A stretch of 28,655 bases of DNA from assembly GCA_033551855.1 (NCBI GenBank), contig JAWSUI010000047.1, positions 1 to 28,655 on the forward strand, written 5' to 3'. Both the position numbers and the translations under genes were made by a program. The notes below the pieces were generated by a model. It had not been told where the DNA came from. It ran no database searches and saw nothing but the letters and a program-made list of their open reading frames with translations. Origin of the DNA: Deferrisomatales bacterium (GTDB taxonomy: Bacteria > Desulfobacterota > Deferrisomatia > Deferrisomatales > JACRMM01). This document shows, piece by piece, positions 11,363 through 18,308 of the stretch (position 1 is the first letter of the stretch; each line of letters opens with the position of its first letter).

Positions 11363-12120
11363 GGGAACGACTCCAGCACCGGCACCTCGTAGCGCACCTC
11401 CGCCAGGAACAGACCCTGGGGAGGCGCCGTGACACCGGCCCCGCCGCGATCCCCGGTGCGCAGCAGCTCCGCCACCGTGTCGGGGTGCCGACGGCCCCGG
11501 CCGACCTCCACCAGGGTCCCCACGATGATCCGCACCATGTGCCGCAGGAACGCGGTCCCCCGGACCGCCACCTCCACGTACTCCCCCCGGGGCGTCACCC
11601 GCACCTCGTGGACCCGCCGCACCGCGTGGGGGGCGTCGCACCCCGCCGCCCGAAACGCCCCGAAGTCGTGGGTGCCCTCCAGGTGGGCCGCGGCCCGCCC
11701 CATGGCGGCCAGGTCCAGGGAAGCCGGCACCCGCCAGCTCGTGCGGCGGGCGAAGGCCGAGGGGACGGCACCCGTGTGGAGAAAGTACTGGTACGTCTTC
11801 TCCTTGGCGCTCCGGCGGCTGTCGAAGTCCGCGGGCACCTCGTCGGCCCGGCGCACCGCGATGTCGCGCGGCAGGAGCCCGTTGAGACCGTGGACGACCC
11901 CCCGCAGCGGGATGCGGGCGCCGGTGCGGAAGTTCGCCGCCTGACCCAGGGCGTGCACGCCGGCGTCGGTGCGCCCGGAGGCGGTGACGCGCACGGGGTG
12001 CTCGAGGAGGGCCGCCAGGGCCGTTTCCACCGACCCCTGGACGGTGGGCCCGTTGTCCTGCACCTGCCAGCCGGCGTAGGCCGTGCCGTCGTACTCCAGG
12101 GTCAGCCGAATGTTCCTCAC
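11359..12120 (-). CDS. truA: tRNA pseudouridine(38-40) synthase
   Basis: (M)RNIRLTLEYDGTAYAGWQVQ, SGRTDAGVHA, HDFGAFR, FLRHMVRIIVG, APPQGLFL. Confidence 0.97.
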   Translation of the reverse strand: MRNIRLTLEYDGTAYAGWQVQDNGPTVQGSVETALAALLEHPVRVTASGRTDAGVHALGQAANFRTGARIPLRGVVHGLNGLLPRDIAVRRADEVPADFDSRRSAKEKTYQYFLHTGAVPSAFARRTSWRVPASLDLAAMGRAAAHLEGTHDFGAFRAAGCDAPHAVRRVHEVRVTPRGEYVEVAVRGTAFLRHMVRIIVGTLVEVGRGRRHPDTVAELLRTGDRGGAGVTAPPQGLFLAEVRYEVPVLESFP

Positions 12121-12938
12121 GGGCCGAGCACCAGCAGGGGCACGAAGAGCGCGGCCCCCAGGGTCAGCGCCGAGAGCCCCAGGGCGGCGGCCTCGCTCGC
12201 GCCGAGCCCCCGTGCCCGCCAGGAGGTGCGGGGCCGGTCCGGACGGTACCCCCGCATCTCCATGGCGAGGGCGATGGTCTCGGCACGGTGGAAGACCTGC
12301 CGGAAGAGAGGCACCAGCAGGGGGAGGACGTTGCGCGCCCGGACCATCGCCCCCCCCTCCCCCGGGTCGATCCCGCGGGCCTTCAGGGCGAGGGTGAGGC
12401 GCTCCGCCTCCTCGTACAGGATCGGGAAGAACCGGATCGCGAGCAACGCCGTCACGCAGAAATCCCCCACGGGCACCCCGAGCCGCCTCAGGGGAGACCC
12501 CAGCCGATCGAGCGCCCACACCAGGTCCGTGGGGCTCGTGGTCAGGGTGAGGAGGGACGAGAACCCCACCGCCGTAGCGAGTTGGGCCGAGACCGCACCG
12601 CCCTGGGCGAGCCCCTCCCGGGTGAGCCCGGCGCCGATCCAGGGAAGCGCCAGGAGCTCCTGCCCCGGGGTGGCGAGGCCGTGGAGCAGCACCGTGAACC
12701 CGAAGAGCCAGACGAAGGGCCGCAGCCCGCGGAGGAACAGGGACAGGGGGACCCGGGAGACGGCGAGCCCCAGCGCCAGGAGGGGCCAGCTCCACACCGC
12801 GCCCCAGGCGGTTCCCGGGGAGAGGGTGGCGGCCATGGCCAGCACACAGGCGCCGAGCTTGGCCCGGGGGTCGAGGGCGTGCACGGCGGACGAGCCGGGG
12901 AGGTACAGGCCCAGGGTGAGGTCGCGCAGGAGCTTCAT
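12117..12938 (-). CDS. ecfT: Energy-coupling factor transporter transmembrane component T (CbiQ family)
   Basis: LGLYLPGSSAVHALDPRAKL, LTLTTSPTDL, AIRFFPIL, and the ARG and MEMRGY coupling-helix motifs. Confidence 0.9.
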   Translation of the reverse strand: MKLLRDLTLGLYLPGSSAVHALDPRAKLGACVLAMAATLSPGTAWGAVWSWPLLALGLAVSRVPLSLFLRGLRPFVWLFGFTVLLHGLATPGQELLALPWIGAGLTREGLAQGGAVSAQLATAVGFSSLLTLTTSPTDLVWALDRLGSPLRRLGVPVGDFCVTALLAIRFFPILYEEAERLTLALKARGIDPGEGGAMVRARNVLPLLVPLFRQVFHRAETIALAMEMRGYRPDRPRTSWRARGLGASEAAALGLSALTLGAALFVPLLVLGP

Positions 12939-13118
12939 GGGTCTCCGGGAGGCCGGCAGCACCGCGGTGCCAGGCTAGCAGACCCCCATCCCGCGGCACA
13001 ACCCGGCCTCGGATCCGCCGGGGGGAACAGGCGCGCCCCGGTGCTGGTGCGGGGCGCTCCGCCAAGCGGACCCCCGGGGGCCGGCCCGTTCGCCGCCGGA
13101 GGGTGACACCGACAGGGC

Positions 13119-13502
13119 TCAGCGGCTCCTCGAGGCAAGCCCCTTCCGCAGGAAGGCCACGTCATCCTCGTATTCCCGGGCCGTGAGGGACGCGAACGCA
13201 GCCGTCGCCGCCTCGTCCCGACAGAAGATCCGCCGGGCCGAGAGCGCCTCGAATCGCAGGATCGAAGACGCGCGGTTGAGGATCACGAGGTCCACGTCGT
13301 CCTGTCGTAGCGCCTGCTGCAGGTCCGCCCGGAGCTCCGCCAGCTCGTCGAGGGATGCCTCTCCCGCGAGCAGAACGCCCACGTCCACGTCGCCCCCCCG
13401 CCGAACGTCGCCTCCCTGCGCAGAACCGAACGCCCAGGCAGCCACCACGCGGGGATGGGTGGAGAGCACCTGCTCAGCCGCTCCCCACTCAACCCTGGAC
13501 AT
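13119..13502 (-). CDS. Minimal nucleotidyltransferase (MNT) antitoxin, MntA-like
   Basis: 127 aa; FGS-AQGGDVRRGG-DVD fits GS-x10-DxD; VDLVILN. Confidence 0.88.
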   Translation of the reverse strand: MSRVEWGAAEQVLSTHPRVVAAWAFGSAQGGDVRRGGDVDVGVLLAGEASLDELAELRADLQQALRQDDVDLVILNRASSILRFEALSARRIFCRDEAATAAFASLTAREYEDDVAFLRKGLASRSR

Positions 13503-13901
13503 GGCGCAGCACCTCGTCCCGAAATCCCTCGAAATCACCGAGCCGCCGGTTCAGAATCTCCACCAGGACAAGGGGATCCACTCGGCCGTACCGGTGCATG
13601 ACGAAGTTCCGGAATTGGACCATTCTGCGGTAAGGGTCGGCGGAGGCCAGGACGCCCAGAGCGACACAGCGCTCTACGGCGTCGGCTCCCGTGGGAGCCG
13701 GTGCCTGCCCGCTGTCGAAAGCAGTCGCTGGCACACGTCGACGACGACCTCCACAAGGATCTGGAGATCCCGCTCCACGGCCCTCCGGGTGCGCCAGTCG
13801 GACTCCAGGGTCTCCCGGCTCACGGGACCCAGGGAGCGAAGCTCCGCCAGCACCTGATCCAACGAGTGGAGCTTCTGCAGGATCACGCCGTTGGCAGACA
13901 T
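13489..13901 (-). pseudogene. HEPN/DUF86 (HepT-like) ribonuclease toxin, split by a 1-nt frameshift
   Basis: The 5' part (MSANGVILQKL...AVERDLQILVEVVVDVCQRLLSTAG) and the 3' part (QAPAPTGADA...FRNFVMHRYGRVD...) are in different frames. The 413-nt span becomes a 137-aa ORF if one base is added near 13708-13710. Confidence 0.85.
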
Positions 13902-14052
13902 GGGCGGCTCCGCATCAACCGGGAAGGGGCGAGCGAGCACCGGCGGACGGCCCCCGCGAAGGACTCGAAGAGCGGAAGGGAGCAGGCGGAATCTACCACC
14001 GATGGGGAATAGCCGTCACCCCCCGTCCGGGGCGTCTCCCCCGAAGCCGCCC

Positions 14053-14315
14053 AAGGCCCCTCGCACCCGGTGCGGCCTTCGTGTAGCCTTTCCCGGACCG
14101 GGCGGGGGCCTACTCCTCGCACAGCCCAAAGGGGGCTCCGTTGCGAATCGTGTGGGAGGGCGACCCCGGATGGCCCTTCGGTCCGTTCGCCCCCAGGAGG
14201 GAGCCCCCACCCGGAACCCCGGGGTCTTGTTCCCGTGGGAGCGGGCTCCCGGCCGCGACTTCGGCCGGAGGCCGACTCCGCTCCCCACGCCTTTCGTTTG
14301 AGAACCCCAAAGGGG
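14053..14315. repeat. Cluster of GC-rich hairpins, including GTAG/GTGG-tagged REP-like doublets
   Basis: Hairpins at 14053-14079, 14083-14113 (GTAG...CTAC), 14117-14145, 14152-14210 (GTGGG...CCCAC) and 14234-14289 (CGTGGGAGCGG...CCGCTCCCCACG). Confidence 0.6.
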
Positions 14316-14366
14316 CGCGCCCGGTGCCCGGCCCCTCCGCTTCCCCTCGCCGAGTAGAGGCTTCTC

Positions 14367-14651
14367 TTGAGAAAGGCCCCCCACGGGTTCCCCCCGGCCC
14401 CGTGGTACTGCTACCTCCTCGAGTGCAGCGACGGCACGTTCTACGCCGGGATCACCACGGACCCGGCGCGGCGGACGGCCGAGCACAACAGGGGTGTGGC
14501 GTCCCGCTACACCCGGGCCCGCCTCCCCGTGCGCCTGGTCTACGCAGAGCCCCACCCCGACCGCCCCTCGGCCACCCGCCGGGAACGCCAGCTCAAGGCC
14601 CTGCCGCCCCCCGCCAAGAGGGCCCTCGCGGCGTTTCACCCCTCGGGGTGA
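14367..14651 (+). CDS. Small GIY-YIG nuclease (UPF0213/YhbQ-like)
   Basis: [31 protein letters not shown]...[16 protein letters not shown]...RRERQLK. The TTG start is uncertain. Confidence 0.88.
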   Translation: MRKAPHGFPPAPWYCYLLECSDGTFYAGITTDPARRTAEHNRGVASRYTRARLPVRLVYAEPHPDRPSATRRERQLKALPPPAKRALAAFHPSG

Positions 14652-14674
14652 CCCGATGGTCGTGGGCAACTCAC
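14629..14674. repeat. Repeat family B, copy 1 (GGCGTTTCACCCCTCGGGGTGACCCGAWGGTCRTGGGCAAC)
   Basis: Two mismatches over the 41-bp core against the copies at 20276-20316 and 21083-21123 (the latter inverted). Confidence 0.9.
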
Positions 14675-15456
14675 TCCGGGACGAACTCCGCCACCAGGGG
14701 GTCCGGGAGCATCCTCCAGCGCCCCGCGCGCCCGGCCCACCGGGCGCCCACCTCGAAGTGGAGCATCGCGATCCCGCAGTCGAGCCGTTTGGGGATCCCG
14801 TGGGTGTCCGGCCCGTCCGCCCCCAGGACCACCCGCCCCCCTTCCCAGGAGAAGCGCCAGGGCTGGCGGTTCAGGGCCGACGGGGCCCGGCGTGCGGCCT
14901 CGACCCCGGCCCGGGCCCACTCCGGCCAGCCCGCCGACCCCGGGGCGATCCCCTCGGATCCCTTTCGTGTCCCGGAACGGGCGACGGCACCCATCAGACG
15001 CTCCTCCACCGTCTTCCTCGGCGCCGGGGTCCCCACCGGGGAGACGGCCCACACCCGCTCCCCCTCCCCGAGCCCCTCCGGCCCCGCTCCCCAGCCCCCC
15101 AGGCTCTCGGGCCGGAAGAGGCCGGCAACCCAGCAGGTGCCGAGCCACAGGGCGGTCGCCTCCAGCACCGCGCCCTCGCCCACGTAACCCGCCTCCGCGG
15201 CCCGGGCCCCGGACCCGGCGACCACCAGGCAGCAAGGGGCGCCCTTGACGCTGCCGTACGCGCCCAACACCCCCCGGAAGAGGTCCGGCGGCGCCTGCCG
15301 CAGAAGCACGGCCCGAACCGCACCGAAGGGCCGAAACTCCCGGCACAGGGCGTCGAGCCGGTGCAGGAGCCCCTGTGCCGGGGCCGCCGGCTGGAAGCGC
15401 CGTCGGGAGCCGCGCCTCTCCAGGGCCTCGTGCCACCGCTGCGCCGGAAGCTCCAT
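14671..15456 (-). CDS. Nitroreductase family protein (TM1586-like, two-domain)
   Basis: RRGSRRRF, GYVGEGAVLEATALWLGTCWVAG, ARRAPSALNRQPWRF, LDCGIAMLHF. Confidence 0.88.
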   Translation of the reverse strand: MELPAQRWHEALERRGSRRRFQPAAPAQGLLHRLDALCREFRPFGAVRAVLLRQAPPDLFRGVLGAYGSVKGAPCCLVVAGSGARAAEAGYVGEGAVLEATALWLGTCWVAGLFRPESLGGWGAGPEGLGEGERVWAVSPVGTPAPRKTVEERLMGAVARSGTRKGSEGIAPGSAGWPEWARAGVEAARRAPSALNRQPWRFSWEGGRVVLGADGPDTHGIPKRLDCGIAMLHFEVGARWAGRAGRWRMLPDPLVAEFVPE

Positions 15457-15458
15457 CG

Positions 15459-16520
15459 TCAACCCTCCTGCCCCGCCGCCGCGGGTTGCCCGGTCATCCG
15501 TGCCCCCGAGCAGGACAGGATGGCCCTCCGAAGCTCCTCCCCCTCCACCCGAGCGCCCGCCCAGAGGACCGAGCTCTCGACCCGGGCCCCCGCCCCGACC
15601 CGGGCCCCCGCCCCGAGCACCGCGAAGGGGCCCGCCACGGCCCGCCCCTCCACGGCTGCCCCGGGGCCCAGGTAGCAGGGCGCCGAGAACCTCCCCCCTC
15701 CGGCGGCCTCCCCGTCCTCCGCCACGATCCGCCCGGGGCTCGCCGCCGGCAGTCTTCCCCTGCGCAGGAGCTCCCAGTGGGCGCCGAGGTAGCGCTCCGG
15801 GGTCCCCAGGTCGCTCCAGAAGGACCCCTCCTCCGGGAAGAACCCCGCGAGCTCCGCCCCCCGGCCCACGAGGCCCTGGTGCACGTCCGCGTTGATGCAG
15901 TGCGGCCGTTCGGGGAGCTCCCCCAGGAGCTCCGGCGCGAGCACGTGCACCCCCGTGAACGCACAGGGGGCGCCGGGCCCGCACCCGGGCGCGCGGGCAC
16001 CCAGGAACCGCACGATCCGGCCCGCGCCGTCCACCTCGATCGGGCCGGGGGCCCCGGGGGGCAGACGCCGCAGGGAGAGGGTGGCGACGACGCCTGCCTC
16101 CCGGTGGCGACGGGCCATCGCCCCGAAGTCGATCTCCTGGTAGGTGTCCGCGTTGGCCAGGAAGAACGGGCCCGTCGAGAGGAAGCCCCTCCAGGCCAGG
16201 AGGGCACCGCCGGTGCCCAGGATCTCCGGCTCGTGGCTCCACCGGACCTCCACCCCGGCGGGTATCCAGGGGGCGAGGGCGTCCCGCAGCCTCTGCGGCA
16301 GGTGGTGCAGGTTCACCACCGCCTGCGTCACCCCGGCGAGGGCCAGCAGGTCCAGCGCGCAGGCAGCCAGGGGGACGTCGAAGAGCGGCCAGGCCGGCTT
16401 GGGCAGCTCCAGGCTCAGGGGTCGCAGGCGCGTCCCCAGGCCCGCGGCAAGGAGGAACGCCTTGGCGGGTCCGGGGCCCGGGCCGGCAGGGGCGGCCGGG
16501 GGGGGCGGAGGCGCGGACAC
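15459..16520 (-). CDS. NDP-sugar pyrophosphorylase / nucleotidyltransferase (mannose-1-P guanylyltransferase or MurU-like)
   Basis: AFLLAAGLGTRLRPLSLELPKP, EPEILGTGG, LANAD, WSDLGTPERY, and C-terminal hexapeptide repeats. Confidence 0.88.
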   Translation of the reverse strand: MSAPPPPPAAPAGPGPGPAKAFLLAAGLGTRLRPLSLELPKPAWPLFDVPLAACALDLLALAGVTQAVVNLHHLPQRLRDALAPWIPAGVEVRWSHEPEILGTGGALLAWRGFLSTGPFFLANADTYQEIDFGAMARRHREAGVVATLSLRRLPPGAPGPIEVDGAGRIVRFLGARAPGCGPGAPCAFTGVHVLAPELLGELPERPHCINADVHQGLVGRGAELAGFFPEEGSFWSDLGTPERYLGAHWELLRRGRLPAASPGRIVAEDGEAAGGGRFSAPCYLGPGAAVEGRAVAGPFAVLGAGARVGAGARVESSVLWAGARVEGEELRRAILSCSGARMTGQPAAAGQEG

Positions 16521-16526
16521 GGGCGC

Positions 16527-17249
16527 TCAGCCCAGCCCCAGACGCCGCGCGGCGTCCGGCGCCAGCCCCCAGGCCTCCAGCGAGCCGGCCACCTCCGACG
16601 GGTCCTTCACCTTGCGGAACCGGGCCCCCTTGGCCCCCCGGACCCAGGACTCACAGTCCGCCCAGTCCGGGTGCACCCGGAGCTCCCCGTCCACGAGGCT
16701 CAGGTACAGGGGGTAGGAGAGCCCGGGGGCGAGGCCCCCGTCCCCCACCCCGGGAATCCACTTCCCGTCCCCGGACCGGAGCGCAGGGGACTCCCCCCGG
16801 GAGAAGGCCGTCGCGATCGCGTCGCAGCGCTCGTTGAGGGCGTGGCCCGAGTGCCCCCGGACGTGCTCCCAGGTCACCGGGACCCCCGGCCGCCGGCAGG
16901 CTTCGTCCAGGGCCTCCCAGAGATCCCGGTTCAGGACCTCCCCGCCGTCGGCCTTGCGCCACCCCCGGCGCTTCCACGCGTGGATCCACCGGGAGATCCC
17001 GTCGTGGAGGTACCGGGAGTCCGTCACCACGTGGGCGCGCTCCCCGGGGCGGGCGCGGCGCAGCCCTTCCAGGGCCGCCCGCATCTCCATGCGGTTGTTG
17101 GTGGTGTGGGACTCGCCCCCGCCGAGCTCCTCGTACCGCCCGCCCCGCAGGAGCACGGCCCCCCAGCCCCCCGGCCCGGGGTTCCCCGCGCACGCCCCGT
17201 CGGTGTAGATCCACAGGTCGGGAGTCGCCTCCCTCCGCCCACCCTTCAT
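16527..17249 (-). CDS. rnhA: Ribonuclease HI with C-terminal hybrid-binding (Cauli_VI/viroplasmin-like) domain
   Basis: IYTDGACAGNPGPGGWG, TTNNRMEM, TDSRY, NRDLW, HVRGHSGHALNERCD; extension DWADCESWVRGAKGARFRKV. Confidence 0.93.
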   Translation of the reverse strand: MKGGRREATPDLWIYTDGACAGNPGPGGWGAVLLRGGRYEELGGGESHTTNNRMEMRAALEGLRRARPGERAHVVTDSRYLHDGISRWIHAWKRRGWRKADGGEVLNRDLWEALDEACRRPGVPVTWEHVRGHSGHALNERCDAIATAFSRGESPALRSGDGKWIPGVGDGGLAPGLSYPLYLSLVDGELRVHPDWADCESWVRGAKGARFRKVKDPSEVAGSLEAWGLAPDAARRLGLG

Positions 17250-17264
17250 GCTCTGCCTCGATGC

Positions 17265-17289
17265 GGGGCGACCTATGCGTCGCCCCTAC
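17265..17289 (-). repeat. Single GTAG-tagged REP-like palindrome
   Basis: Minus strand reads GTAGGGGCGAC-GCATAG-GTCGCCCC, with an 8-bp stem GGGGCGAC/GTCGCCCC. Confidence 0.7.
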
Positions 17290-17335
17290 GGCCGCTCCAG
17301 AACACCCCACCCGCCGCGGAGCGAAGACGGCAGGC

Positions 17336-17982
17336 CCGGGGATCCCAGAATCCACTACCAAACCTTGGGGCGGGGAATCCGGGGATCCCGGAATCCACCG
17401 CCAGACCTTCGGGCGGGGGCGGGGAGCCGTGGAGCGCAGCCCCGTACCGCCTCGACCGATTCGCCCAGCCCCGCAGAAACCGGTGAAGCTGGGCGTACCC
17501 TCTCCCTCGACAACGCCTCGTCCGAATATCGCGGATCGCGGGGCGGAGCGCAGGGGCTCCCCGTCCCCGCTCTCCTCCGAGACGGGGGGTCCGGGAGCCT
17601 CGGAGCGTAGCCCCGTAACGCTTCGACCGATTCGCCCAGCCCCGCAGAAACCGGTGAAGCCGGGCGTACCGGTTCCGCAAGGGGCCCGTCTTCCAATCAT
17701 CGCGGATTGCGGGGCGAAGCGCAGGGGCTCCCGGTCCCCCCTCTCCTCCGAGGCGGGGGATCCGGGGATCCCAGGATCCACCACCCGATTCCGGGGCGGG
17801 GTCCGGGAGCCTCGGAGCGCAGCCCCGTACCGCTTCGACCCAGGCGCTACAGCCGATGGGAACCGGTGAAGCCGGGCGTACCGGTTCCGCAAGGGGCCCG
17901 TCTTCCAATCATCGCGGATTGCGGGGCGAAGCGCAGGGGCTCCCGGTCCCCGCTCTCCTCCGAGGCGGGGGATCCGGGGATC
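17336..17982. repeat. Tandem array of three long imperfect hairpin units (family A) with interspersed CCGGGGATCCCRGRATCCAC motifs
   Basis: Units start at about 17422, 17593 and 17805 (periods 171 and 212). 17649-17770 and 17861-17982 differ at 1 of 122 positions. Confidence 0.9.
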
Positions 17983-17983
17983 G

Positions 17984-18012
17984 TTGACACCTCGACCCCG
18001 TCCTTCTACCCT
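17984..18012 (+). promoter_or_regulatory. Putative sigma70 promoter of the TPR gene
   Basis: TTGACA (17984-17989), 17-bp spacer, TACCCT (18007-18012). Confidence 0.6.
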
Positions 18013-18045
18013 GCCCGGGCTCACTTTGCGAGCCCTTTTCCCCTT

Positions 18046-18278
18046 ACTGGGGTATCGGGTTGGCTCAAGTGACCACAAGATGTTGCGGTTCCGATTATCA
18101 TCAAAGGCAGACGCGATGGTTCCGGTCACCACCAGAACACCAATGATCACGACATGTTGCTCACGAGTCTCCCTGCTTGTGTCGAAAGCCCTCGGAGGTG
18201 CTTGCCCAGCCTGGCCATTCCGGGCCGGCGACGGACCACAAGATATAGTAGCCGCTTGAGCCAACCCGATACCCCAGA
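18046..18278. mobile_element. MITE (non-autonomous, probably IS1595-family derived)
   Basis: Perfect 23-bp TIRs CTGGGGTATCGGGTTGGCTCAAG (18047-18069 / 18255-18277); 8-bp direct repeat TTCCCCTT at 18038-18045 and 18279-18286; interior less GC-rich with no transposase ORF. Confidence 0.88.
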
Positions 18279-18308
18279 TTCCCCTTTTTCCGACGACGGG
18301 AGGTCGCC

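Noticed and set aside
12955..12975. Sigma-54 promoter upstream of ecfT (TGGCACCGCGGTGC on the minus strand)
   Set aside because: The GG-to-GC spacing is 9 bp rather than the required 10; only a 12-bp palindrome remains.
17336..17982. CRISPR array
   Set aside because: Units are 171-212 bp with shared interiors rather than short repeats with unique spacers, and there are no cas genes in the window.
17248..18259. ORFs spanning the repeat array and MITE (e.g. 17261..17869, 17273..17908, 17984..18259)
   Set aside because: They are translations of GC-rich repeats with no recognisable domains or RBS.
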